DNA from: an uncultured Candidatus Saccharibacteria bacterium
GTDB lineage: Bacteria; Patescibacteriota; Minisyncoccia; Phycocordibacterales; DATDWN01
Direction of reading: 5' to 3'
NCBI GenBank assembly: GCA_964596875.1
Contig: CAZQVT010000001.1
Location: forward strand, 42,514-106,513
DNA length: 64,000 bases
The translations under genes were made by a program, and so were the position numbers. This document shows positions 46,377 through 55,560 of the stretch, piece by piece. A model generated the notes under the pieces. The model was not told where the DNA came from and did not search any database. It saw nothing but the letters and a program-made list of their open reading frames with translations. The stretch's first letter is position 1. The number at the start of each line of letters is the position of its first letter.

Positions 46377-47342
46377 ATGAAAAAGGTATACCTTCTCCCT
46401 CTACTTTTACTTTTTGTATATGGTGTGGTTTCTGAACCACTACACTTTGATAAGTATTTTGAAAAAAGTTACCCGAGTGTTTTAAACTTTGGTGATGTTA
46501 TGTTTGACCGGGGTGTGAGAAACATAATAGAGAACCGAGGTCGCGACCCTTTTGAATACATTAAAAAAGACTTGGGACAATTTTCCGACTACGATATAAA
46601 AATAGTAAACCTCGAAGGTCCAATAGTTACTATGGACCGGGCGCTATGTCAGCAAAAAGCATACAACTTTCAGTTTGCAGACGACGCGACGGACAGACTA
46701 AAAAGTATTGGTATAAACATGGTAAACATAGCCAACAACCATAGCTACGACTGTTACGAACAAGGTTTTGAAAATACAAAAAAAGTTTTGGCGAAGGTGG
46801 GGATAGACTACATGGGCGATAGTGTTTTGGAAAAAAGTTTTGTAGTAAAAGTAGTAGATGGTAAAGAAATTGCCTTTGTTGGGATAGATGAAACTGTTGC
46901 GCGAGTTCCTGTGTCAGAGTTTTACTCTCTTGTGAAAAAATTAAAATCCGAAAATGATTTGGTGGTGGTAGATATACACTGGGGTACAGAATACATTTTG
47001 ACATCAAACCAAAACCAAAAAGACATTGCACACATACTAGTAGAAAGTGGTGCAGATGTTATTTTTGGTCACCACCCACATGTAGTAGAGGAACTGGAAG
47101 TGTACAAAGGCAAGGCAATATTTTATTCACTTGGGAACTTTGTTTTTGACCAAAACTTTGGCGACACTATGGTGGGCCTAGGTGTTGGCGCGCAGTTTAA
47201 GGAAGACAAAACTGTTTTCACTTTGTACCCGTTCAATATAAAAGTATTTGCTCCTGATTTAATGAAAGAAGAAGAAAAAGAAAGTTTTTGTAAAAAGTTT
47301 CTGGCAGGGTTTAATGCTCATGGTTGCAGTTTAACTATTTGA
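46377..47342 (+). CDS. CapA-family metallophosphatase
   Basis: GDVM, NLEG, ANNHSYD, HWG.EY, GHHPHV, YSLGNF.FDQ. Confidence 0.92.
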   Translation: MKKVYLLPLLLLFVYGVVSEPLHFDKYFEKSYPSVLNFGDVMFDRGVRNIIENRGRDPFEYIKKDLGQFSDYDIKIVNLEGPIVTMDRALCQQKAYNFQFADDATDRLKSIGINMVNIANNHSYDCYEQGFENTKKVLAKVGIDYMGDSVLEKSFVVKVVDGKEIAFVGIDETVARVPVSEFYSLVKKLKSENDLVVVDIHWGTEYILTSNQNQKDIAHILVESGADVIFGHHPHVVEELEVYKGKAIFYSLGNFVFDQNFGDTMVGLGVGAQFKEDKTVFTLYPFNIKVFAPDLMKEEEKESFCKKFLAGFNAHGCSLTI

Positions 47343-47425
47343 TAAAATATATAAAGTGTGTTATTGTAACTCTCGCTACTTTTACGACATAAAGTCGATA
47401 CTTGCTAGCATGGAGTTCTTTCTCA

Positions 47426-48295
47426 ATGATGAAGCGTCTGCTCCTCCCCGTCTTCACCGCGATCCTCATGATGCCGTCGCTCGGCTTCGCTCAGGGCACC
47501 GTCGTCTTCTCGAACCTGCCGTCGCCCACGCCGGGCAACATCCCGTCCTTGGGCTACCAGTGCTGCTCGGTCTCCGAGTTCGGCGACCGCGTGCACCTCG
47601 AGGCCGACACGCCCCGGCGTGCCAGCAGCGCGACGGTTCTGATGTCGTCGTGGTCGCTCCACTCGAACTACCCGACGATGTCCGCGGCCGGCTACAAGCA
47701 CCCGATCACGCTCGCGGTCTACGCGAACGACGCGGCGGCCCTGGCGCATTCGCCCTTGGCAACCGTGACCCAGATGATGGACATCCCGTGGCGGCCCGAG
47801 GCCGACCCGACCTGTCCCGGCGGGACGGCATGGCGCGCAACGAACGGCCAGTGCTACAACGGCATGGCCTTCACGCTCACGTTCGACCTGCGCAGTCTGA
47901 ACCTCACGCTCCCGGACGAGTTCGTCTGGGGTGTGGCGTACAACACGCAGACCTGGGGCTACAACCCGCTCGGCGTCGCCGGCCCGTACGAGTCGCTCAA
48001 CGTCGGCACGACCGCTTCGGCGCCGTCAGTCGGCGTCGATGTGGATCCGGACGTGGCGTACGTCAACTACGCCGTGGCGGGGTTCTACTCCGACCTCGGC
48101 GCGGGTGGCACGAACACCTTCCGCGCCGATACGGCATGGACGGGATTCGCTCCCTCGGCGGAGTTCACCACGGTTGCCGTTCCGGCGACCACCGGTGAGT
48201 GCAAGAACGGAGCCTGGCAGAACCTGGTCCGGCGTGACTTCACGCCGTTCAAGAACCAGGGAGCCTGCGTCTCCTACGTCAACACCGGCAAGTAG
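47426..48295 (+). CDS. Very GC-rich secreted protein, GC-rich unit 9
   Basis: Signal peptide MMKRLLLP...GFAQ; C-terminal CKNGAW...FKNQGACVSY motif; terminator ggcggtcc/ggaccgcc + T6. Confidence 0.85.
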   Translation: MMKRLLLPVFTAILMMPSLGFAQGTVVFSNLPSPTPGNIPSLGYQCCSVSEFGDRVHLEADTPRRASSATVLMSSWSLHSNYPTMSAAGYKHPITLAVYANDAAALAHSPLATVTQMMDIPWRPEADPTCPGGTAWRATNGQCYNGMAFTLTFDLRSLNLTLPDEFVWGVAYNTQTWGYNPLGVAGPYESLNVGTTASAPSVGVDVDPDVAYVNYAVAGFYSDLGAGGTNTFRADTAWTGFAPSAEFTTVAVPATTGECKNGAWQNLVRRDFTPFKNQGACVSYVNTGK

Positions 48296-48401
48296 CCGGC
48301 AACAACACCAGTCATCGGGAAGATGTCCGGCGGTCCTCAGGGACCGCCGCTTTTTTATAAAATAGGAAATGAATTTGTGTTGTATTTATTATATAGAACC
48401 C

Positions 48402-48430
48402 ATAGTGTCAAAGAGTCTCTTTGACACTAT
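48402..48430. repeat. Perfect palindrome overlapping the transposase stop codon
   Basis: atagtgtcaaagag-t-ctctttgacactat. Confidence 0.9.
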
Positions 48431-49031
48431 AGTTCAAGGTTTCATGCTTAAAATCATTAATATTTTTAAATTTATTAAGAACAAAATCAGTTGTTATGAA
48501 TGAAAGGTTTCTGTTTTTTAAATAATCATTGTAACTACTCCAAATATATTTATAAGGGTTATCAGTAATTTTATCTTTTACTGGATTCATATGAATATAT
48601 GCAGTTGTCCATAAGAGTTGCGAGTCACTTTCAATCATTGTTGCTTTAAAACAGTCCTGAAATAGATGCCCAATTTTTTTGTATTTTTGATTTATGTACT
48701 TTGAATAACTCGTACAGACTTTCGAAACCAATTTTGAAATGGGCACGTCACTTAACTGTTCTATTAATAAATGAAAATGATTTGGCATTAGACAAAATGC
48801 GTGAATCTGAAATTGATTCTTGGCACCATAAATCCTAATTCTTGAAAATGGAACCGTAGTTAGATTATTTTTATTTAATTCTTTTGAATCTATTCCGAGA
48901 GCGAGCCCAAGTCTATATAGAAATGCTCTATAATCTTGTGGGTCTAAAAATATTCTTTCTTTATTATTTCCTCTATTGTAAATATGAGCTACTATACCCT
49001 GATCAAAATTTTTATAGTCCCTTTTGTTCAT
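48408..49031 (-). mobile_element. REP-associated tyrosine transposase (RAYT; Y1 HUH family)
   Basis: HIYNRGNNK..IF, FCLMPNHFHLL (HUH), GHLFQ..F, YIHMNPV, WSSY. Confidence 0.9.
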
Positions 49032-49040
49032 GAAATGAGT

Positions 49041-49063
49041 ATGTCAAAGAGTCTCTTTGACAT
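49041..49063. repeat. Second copy of the transposase-flanking palindrome
   Basis: atgtcaaagag-t-ctctttgacat, 9 nt upstream of the ATG. Confidence 0.9.
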
Positions 49064-49162
49064 CAAGTTAGATAAAAATTGGGAAATGAAATAATTAAAT
49101 GTAAAGTGTACCTTTTGGGAAATAAGAGTAGTATACCGGCTAATACTAATTAACATAAATAC

Positions 49163-51988
49163 ATGAAGAATCTTCGAATCGCGATGTTTCTTTCAGTGGT
49201 TTCTTTGTCTGCTTATTTCTATTTTTACAATACAGTTTCAGCAGCTATAGTGTTTGACCAATCACCAACAGATCTTACAGGTCAAACTTTAAGTGACGCA
49301 GTATTGAACAATGGATACTTAACTAGTTTTACATGTACCGGCAGTTTAAGTTGTGGAGTATCTGGTCAAACTATTTATAATGTTGGTGTTTGGATAAAAA
49401 AGGTTGGTAATCCAGACGATGTTCGTTTGCAAGTTGGTGGAAGTTATAACGATCGAGACTTTGGTACTACCACTTTATCTAATATTGTTCCGGCGAGTTC
49501 TATTTCTGATACAGAGTATAATTTTAAATGGTTTTATTTTCCGGAAGGTGTTGTAATAGGAAATCGTTTTGATTTAGATCAGTTCTTCTTTTTTAAGTAT
49601 GCAAATAGTATAGATATAGACAGGGTCACTGACTACTACATGGTTTTAAAAAATGATGTAAATAATTATTCAGCTCAAGCACAGTGGTGTAGAAAATATC
49701 AGGGTTGCTACTCATCAGTATTTTTCTGGAAAATGGATGATTCTAGCATTGATCTATCTACGACCACTCCTCCAATTTGCACATTAAATTGTAGTTCGAG
49801 TGTGATGTTTTTCCCAGGAGTTATGGGTAGTAAACTTTATGATGCAAATGGAGAGTTGTGGGTTTCAAGATCTGGAACAGAACAAGCAAAACTTTTACTG
49901 GATTCTGGTGGCAAAAGTGTAAATACTGTTTTTACAAAAGATGATACTCAAAATATAAGTATCAACGAATCAGAGACTGGTTTAGTTGATGAAGTTTTTG
50001 GATCAAATATTTATAACTCTTTTATTGATAGTCTTAGAGGTTGGAAACAAGATGGAACAGTCTCAGATTATGCTTTTATACCTTATGACTGGAGACTTTC
50101 GCTAGATAATATTATAACTAACGGAGCATCTACAACTGCCGGGGATTTATCATATACTAACAGCCAGAATTTTTCTGAAAGTTATATTTTGAAAAAGTTG
50201 GAAGAACTACAGAAAAATTCTGAGTCAGGAAAAGTTACACTTATTGGGCATTCTAATGGAGGTTTGGTTATAAAAGCACTGGTTCAAAAACTAAAAGATA
50301 CAAATAACCCCCTGTATAACAAGATAGATAAAATAATTTTAGTTGCTGTGCCACAGGTTGGAACTCCAGATGCAGTGGCGAGTTTGCTACATGGAACAAG
50401 TCTTGGAAAAGGTTTTGTTATGAGAAATGAAAGACTACGTGATCTGGCAAAAAACATGCCAACGATGTATAACCTGTTGCCGTCAGATGGGTATTTTTCA
50501 ATGATAGACCCAAATGTGCCAAACGATAAGATAGTTTCATTCCAAAATGATCCGGCATTTTCTGCTCAACTAAATCAATACGGAGTTTATGTGTCTAATC
50601 CACTTGAATTCAAAAACTATATTTTAGGAAGTGATGGCAGAAGTGTCCCGTCGTATTCTGATACAGATAAGCCAATTATAGGAAACTCAATTTTATACGA
50701 TAATGCGAAAACGGTGCACAGCGTTTTGGATAACTGGTCGCCAGCATCTACAACAAAAGTTATTCAAGTTGCTGGTTGGGGAAGCGAAACAATATCTGGG
50801 ATTAGTTATAAAAAATGTTACGACATGAGCATCGAGGGTTACCATAAATGTCCAAAAATAAATAACGTTGTTGATGGCGACGGTACAGTCGTTGTTCCAA
50901 GTGCACTATGGATGCCTGTTTCTAATTCAAATATTGAAAGATGGTGGGTAGATTTGGCAAGTTACGACACCATATCAAATGTTGAAAGAGAGCATAGAGA
51001 TATTTTAGAAGTTAAAAATCTAAGGGATTTTATTAAATCTGAAATTAAAAATGAAGTCTGGAATGATTCGAACGAAATAGTTGTGGGTAACACATCTACA
51101 CTTGTTCCAGACGGAGAATATTTACACTATACATTGCATTCACCACTTTCACTTGGTGTTTACGATAACCTTGGAAGATATACAGGACTAGACCAGGTAA
51201 CTGGAGATATTGTAGAAGACATACCAAATTCAAAATATGTAGTTATTGGAGATACTCAGTTTGTATCTGTTCCGGAAAGTATTTCAGGACAAGTTAGACT
51301 TCGAGGTGTTAGTGATGGTGTGTTTACTCTAGACATTGAGAAACAAACTGGTAATACAGTTGTAGATGCTGTAACTATAGGTGGAGTGCCAAGTTTGACT
51401 CAAACAGTTGCGTATCTAGATATAAACTCAAATCTTGCAAGTACAACTCTAAATATAGATAAAAACGGTGATGGAGTATTTGAAAAGCAAATAAATACAA
51501 ATGGTAAAAGTGAAGTGTTGTATGACGATGTGCCACCAGAAATTTCTGTATCATATTCAACAACTACAAAAAATATTATTTTTGGAGGCATAGATAAAAA
51601 TTTGGCTGGAGTTACTGTTTCTACTAGTACAGTTACTGCTTACGATGAGCAGGGCAATAAAACAACACTCTATTTCTCTGGTCTGAAAAATGAGAAAAGT
51701 GAATCAAAAGTGGTATTAAGGAAAATATCTAGAAATGGCAAGGAGGAGTCACTAAAAAATATTGAAATAAAGTTCGAGGTAGATATGAAAAAAAACGGAA
51801 TAATAGCCGAATTTAAATCAGAAGTTGAAGCTGGTGACAGTGAGTTATTTAGTTTGAAGTATGAACAAGAAAAGGGTGTAACTAAGATAAGGGAAAAAAC
51901 ATCAACTGGAATAGTTAGTGTTAGTAGGCCAGGACTTGTAATAGAAAAAATTATAACCATTGGAACGGGATTCAGGTTTGAATACTAG
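49163..51988 (+). CDS. Large secreted protein with LCAT/PGAP1-like alpha/beta-hydrolase (lipase) domain
   Basis: Signal peptide; FFPGVMGS, PYDWR, GHSNGG nucleophile elbow, PQVGTP, GDGTV, EH. Confidence 0.82.
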   Translation: MKNLRIAMFLSVVSLSAYFYFYNTVSAAIVFDQSPTDLTGQTLSDAVLNNGYLTSFTCTGSLSCGVSGQTIYNVGVWIKKVGNPDDVRLQVGGSYNDRDFGTTTLSNIVPASSISDTEYNFKWFYFPEGVVIGNRFDLDQFFFFKYANSIDIDRVTDYYMVLKNDVNNYSAQAQWCRKYQGCYSSVFFWKMDDSSIDLSTTTPPICTLNCSSSVMFFPGVMGSKLYDANGELWVSRSGTEQAKLLLDSGGKSVNTVFTKDDTQNISINESETGLVDEVFGSNIYNSFIDSLRGWKQDGTVSDYAFIPYDWRLSLDNIITNGASTTAGDLSYTNSQNFSESYILKKLEELQKNSESGKVTLIGHSNGGLVIKALVQKLKDTNNPLYNKIDKIILVAVPQVGTPDAVASLLHGTSLGKGFVMRNERLRDLAKNMPTMYNLLPSDGYFSMIDPNVPNDKIVSFQNDPAFSAQLNQYGVYVSNPLEFKNYILGSDGRSVPSYSDTDKPIIGNSILYDNAKTVHSVLDNWSPASTTKVIQVAGWGSETISGISYKKCYDMSIEGYHKCPKINNVVDGDGTVVVPSALWMPVSNSNIERWWVDLASYDTISNVEREHRDILEVKNLRDFIKSEIKNEVWNDSNEIVVGNTSTLVPDGEYLHYTLHSPLSLGVYDNLGRYTGLDQVTGDIVEDIPNSKYVVIGDTQFVSVPESISGQVRLRGVSDGVFTLDIEKQTGNTVVDAVTIGGVPSLTQTVAYLDINSNLASTTLNIDKNGDGVFEKQINTNGKSEVLYDDVPPEISVSYSTTTKNIIFGGIDKNLAGVTVSTSTVTAYDEQGNKTTLYFSGLKNEKSESKVVLRKISRNGKEESLKNIEIKFEVDMKKNGIIAEFKSEVEAGDSELFSLKYEQEKGVTKIREKTSTGIVSVSRPGLVIEKIITIGTGFRFEY

Positions 51989-52010
51989 TTTAGGGTGGTA
52001 TAATTAATAT

Positions 52011-52379
52011 ATGAAAACAAATAGATTAAAATACTCATTTATTTTTTTATTAGTCATCGCTATTTCTTATTATATAAATATTGAAACGAACACAAGACTT
52101 TTAAGAAAACTTAGCGAATTCACATTCTGGATGAGTTTTTCAGTTTTTGTCATTTCAGTTATATCTGTCTTTATAAAAGAAAACGCATATCTTGCCTGGA
52201 AAAAGTTTACAAATTATTATCTAGCATTTGCAGTCCTAGTTATACTAATAACTCCTACATCAACTCATGGTATGGATTTCTTTCCGATAGTTAAAGAAAC
52301 AGTCACTGTAGCATTGTCTATTTTGTATGCTGGAATTTCACTTCCTCTTATCGTTTACAAATCATTCAAAATGGACTAG
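52011..52379 (+). CDS. Small 4-TM membrane protein
   Basis: Hydrophobic; own leaderless TGGTATAAT. Confidence 0.75.
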   Translation: MKTNRLKYSFIFLLVIAISYYINIETNTRLLRKLSEFTFWMSFSVFVISVISVFIKENAYLAWKKFTNYYLAFAVLVILITPTSTHGMDFFPIVKETVTVALSILYAGISLPLIVYKSFKMD

Positions 52380-52389
52380 GGTTAGATTG

Positions 52390-53019
52390 ATGAAGGATTT
52401 TGATGCAAAAACATATAAGGATTCGAAGGGTGGTTTTAATAATGAAGATGAGAATCTTTTGATTTTATTGTTGAGTGAAAATGAAGACAAGAAAACTATT
52501 TTGGATGTTGGTTGTGGAGATGGTTTGCTAACACAAAAGATAAAAAATAATTTCCCGGGTTCAGATATAGTCGGTATAGATAATTCTGTAGAGCAAATAG
52601 ATATGGCGAAAAGTTCTGGAGCCAGTGTTGTTTTTGAAGTTGCGGATATTTCTGAATACAGGCCAGATAAAAAATTTGACGCAGTCTACTCTTTTTATGC
52701 ATTTCCACATATGCCTAAAAGCAAAATATCAAAGGCACTTGCTAATGTAAAAAGCTTACTAAAAGAGGGTGGGAAGTTTTACCTTTTTACAAACATATGC
52801 CTTTTTGATACATCTATTGCAACACCAGAAGACCAGGAGGCGTGTGATGTTGTCTTTTTAGAAAATTGGCCATCTCAAATAAACCTTACTTCTGTGGAAG
52901 AAATGAGAGAACTGCTTAAGATAAATAGTTTAAGTATTGTTTCTGAAAAGCGTTTACAAACTGGTGCAAAAGTGAAAGATTATGGAGATATGGTTTCTTG
53001 GCTTTTTATTCTAAATTAA
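52390..53019 (+). CDS. Class I SAM-dependent methyltransferase
   Basis: ILDVGCGDG, GID.S, FDAV, LKEGG. Confidence 0.9.
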   Translation: MKDFDAKTYKDSKGGFNNEDENLLILLLSENEDKKTILDVGCGDGLLTQKIKNNFPGSDIVGIDNSVEQIDMAKSSGASVVFEVADISEYRPDKKFDAVYSFYAFPHMPKSKISKALANVKSLLKEGGKFYLFTNICLFDTSIATPEDQEACDVVFLENWPSQINLTSVEEMRELLKINSLSIVSEKRLQTGAKVKDYGDMVSWLFILN

Positions 53020-53023
53020 AGAT

Positions 53024-53470
53024 ATGAACAATTCTGAAAATAAAGTGTTTTTCTATGAAAGAGAGTTTTACCCTTTTTCAAACTTCTCATCATTTGCTTT
53101 AGAGTGGAAGGGGTATTTATATATGACTTCAGAGCATGCTTACCAAACAGAAAAGTTTTTAGATGTAGAAATAATTAAGGAGATAAGAGAAACAAAGTCC
53201 GCTCATGAAGTTTTTGTGCTTTCTAGAAAATACGAAGACAAGGTCCGACCAGACTGGATGGATATTAGAGTTTCGGTAATGGAGGAAATACTAAGAGAAA
53301 AAATAAGACAGCATGAGTATGTTAGGCAGAAACTTCTAGAAACCGGAGATAGGGAAATAATAGAGGATTCTCACAGAGATGACTTTTGGGGTTGGGGACC
53401 AAATAAAGATGGTCAAAATAATTTAGGAAAAATCTGGATGAAGTTGCGGGGAGAACTAAAGAATAAATAA
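53024..53470 (+). CDS. NADAR/YbiA-family protein
   Basis: FSNF, SEHAYQ..KF, LLETG, IEDS..D.FWG, G.N.LG.IWM. Confidence 0.92.
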   Translation: MNNSENKVFFYEREFYPFSNFSSFALEWKGYLYMTSEHAYQTEKFLDVEIIKEIRETKSAHEVFVLSRKYEDKVRPDWMDIRVSVMEEILREKIRQHEYVRQKLLETGDREIIEDSHRDDFWGWGPNKDGQNNLGKIWMKLRGELKNK

Positions 53471-53471
53471 T

Positions 53472-53837
53472 ATGAAAAAGGGAAACCTGAATACCCAGCT
53501 GGCGGGGTCAAAAAGAAATGGTTCAATTATAAACAAACTTGGTAGACTTGGTGATAGTCATAACCCAATTTTTAATACAAAAAATATTCCTCCAATAGAG
53601 GTGCGATGGATTAGGTTAAATAAGGGTGATGAAAAAACCATCCCGCATAAACATGAAGAAATACAAACACTCATTACCTTGATCCGTGGCAGGCACGATA
53701 TAACAATAAATAAAAAGACAAAAGTAATCTTACAAAAAGAAGGCGACTACGTTTTTATTGAGCCGGGTGATTTGCATTGCTGGAAAACAAAGAAAAATAC
53801 TTTACTTCTGGTCGTGAGATGGAAAGTCAAAAAATAA
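53472..53837 (+). CDS. Cupin-domain protein
   Basis: H.H.E...LIRG, GDYVFI.PG..H. Confidence 0.75.
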   Translation: MKKGNLNTQLAGSKRNGSIINKLGRLGDSHNPIFNTKNIPPIEVRWIRLNKGDEKTIPHKHEEIQTLITLIRGRHDITINKKTKVILQKEGDYVFIEPGDLHCWKTKKNTLLLVVRWKVKK

Positions 53838-53838
53838 A

Positions 53839-54453
53839 ATGAAAATTGAAAAGAGAAGTATTGCGGAAAATATCTACTTGCTGAGGTTTGAAAATCAGAC
53901 GGAACTTGCCTCTACTTTTTTGCGGTTTCAGGAACACTACGAGTCGCCAGAGTTTCGGGGAAAGTTTTTTACATTAGACGAATACAAAAAATGGTACACA
54001 CAAGCTAGGGGAGACTTTACCTACTATAGCGACTGGTCTGGTTTCAATATTCCTTCACATATCCTAAAGCCTTTTCTGGAAGGAAAGTTTGACCCACTTA
54101 CGGACAAGGAGAAAATTTTCCTAGAATATTTTACCGACGTGCCTCACCCTTTTTATATTATTGGACTTTCGGGGGATACGGATACTGAAAAAACAAAACT
54201 AACTCTAGATCATGAAACAGCGCATGGGATGTACTACACCAAACCAGAATACAGAAAAAAAGTAGATGAGGTTTTGAAAAAATATGACCTTTCAAAAATA
54301 AAAGAATGGCTACGTTCAATGAGCGGTTACCATGAGTCTGTTTTGGACGACGAGTCGCATGCCTATACCCTTTTTGGTTTTGAAAAGATAATAGAAAAAA
54401 TCCCCGAAGGTATGAAGGAGGAACTAGACGCCATTTTCCAGGAGTTTAAATAG
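53839..54453 (+). CDS. Hypothetical protein (HExxH-like motif)
   Basis: FLRFQEHYESP, SGFNIP, DHETAHG; operonic spacing. Confidence 0.75.
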   Translation: MKIEKRSIAENIYLLRFENQTELASTFLRFQEHYESPEFRGKFFTLDEYKKWYTQARGDFTYYSDWSGFNIPSHILKPFLEGKFDPLTDKEKIFLEYFTDVPHPFYIIGLSGDTDTEKTKLTLDHETAHGMYYTKPEYRKKVDEVLKKYDLSKIKEWLRSMSGYHESVLDDESHAYTLFGFEKIIEKIPEGMKEELDAIFQEFK

Positions 54454-54502
54454 GTTTGATTTTGGGGAAGTTTTGTGGGTAAATACTGTGTGGGGAGGTG
54501 GC

Positions 54503-54721
54503 ATGGGGCTCATCGCTAATCTCGTTTCGTGGTCTGAGGCTGTGTCGTGGGTGTGGCAGGTGTTGCCCGGATGGGCACAGAAGTACCTGATCTTCCACAT
54601 CTGCTGTGTGGCGGCGTGTACCATCTGGGTCTGTAACAGCTACCGAACGACTCGCAGGTTGCCTCAGAACTACAAAGTTCTGGGTGACCCGTACAAGGTG
54701 CAGCTTCCGAACGTGAAGTAG
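54503..54721 (+). CDS. Orphan membrane protein, GC-rich unit 10
   Basis: GGAGGTG SD; terminator aaaaggtg...cgcctttt at 54746-54778. Confidence 0.65.
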   Translation: MGLIANLVSWSEAVSWVWQVLPGWAQKYLIFHICCVAACTIWVCNSYRTTRRLPQNYKVLGDPYKVQLPNVK

Positions 54722-54812
54722 TCTCGGCCTCGACTGTTGTTGTGCAAAAGGTGTGTGTCGTTACGGCACCGCCTTTTTGTTATACAAAAATAAAAAGTGA
54801 TATAATCTAGAT

Positions 54813-54941
54813 ATGACAAACAGAACAACAAAAAATAGTTTTACTACATTAAACACAGGTAGCAAAAAAAGTGGAAAGAGTATGAGTATAAAACCGAAAA
54901 TGAAAGGTAAGGCACCACGACCAAGCAGAACTAACGGATAA
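54813..54941 (+). CDS. 42-aa basic peptide (below ORF-track cutoff)
   Basis: TGATATAAT 7 nt before ATG; MTNRTTKNSFTTLNTGSKKSGKSMSIKPKMKGKAPRPSRTNG. Confidence 0.5.
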   Translation: MTNRTTKNSFTTLNTGSKKSGKSMSIKPKMKGKAPRPSRTNG

Positions 54942-55005
54942 AATAAAAACTTGTGATATAATATTTTGTATAAATTATTAAAATTATTATTTAACTAAAT
55001 AAAAT

Positions 55006-55335
55006 ATGGTAGAAAAAAATATGTGTGAAGTTTGCGGTTCTGGAGATGGACGATGCGGTAGTTGTGGGAACATGTGTGGTTACCGAGGAAACCATATGTT
55101 GCGATGGTTACTAGGTATTATTATCATCACTTGGATCTTCTGTATTGGAATGAAGTTCGGTGAGTTCAAGGCGCAGGTATACGGTGGTGGATATGGAAAC
55201 CATATGTATTTCAAGGCTTCTGGAATGCCTATGATGGGCACAACAGGATGGGGAAATGTAGACTATACTGTTTCTACTCAAGCAGTGCCATCTATGATGA
55301 CAACTGGTGCTGTAAAGGTAATAAAAGCACAATAG
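55006..55335 (+). CDS. Small membrane protein with N-terminal Cys cluster
   Basis: CEVC...CGSC..MC followed by a TM helix. Confidence 0.7.
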   Translation: MVEKNMCEVCGSGDGRCGSCGNMCGYRGNHMLRWLLGIIIITWIFCIGMKFGEFKAQVYGGGYGNHMYFKASGMPMMGTTGWGNVDYTVSTQAVPSMMTTGAVKVIKAQ

Positions 55336-55351
55336 AACAAGTAAAATTGAC

Positions 55352-55474
55352 CAAACGAGCATAATTGGCTTAGGTGCTAGGCGTCAGAAATTTTATGAGC
55401 GAGGCGTACAAATAGTACGGTGAGTGAATAAAATTGAATGACAACAACGCAGATGAGTCAATTATGCTCGTTTG
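55352..55474 (-). repeat. Family A hairpin element, copy 8
   Basis: Reverse strand reads catctgcgttgttg...tcaccgtactatttgtacgcctcg...cgcctagcacct. Confidence 0.85.
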
Positions 55475-55560
55475 TAATGAAAGGTCCGTACTGGCGTCTC
55501 AAAAGTCAGTACGGATTTTTCTGTACTAATCGGGGTTCAATTAAAAATAATCAAAAAATA

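Noticed and set aside
47356-48365. Long alternative-frame ORFs (47356-48198, 47931-48365, 47423-47749)
   Set aside because: Shadow frames caused by high GC3 of the real gene 47426-48295.
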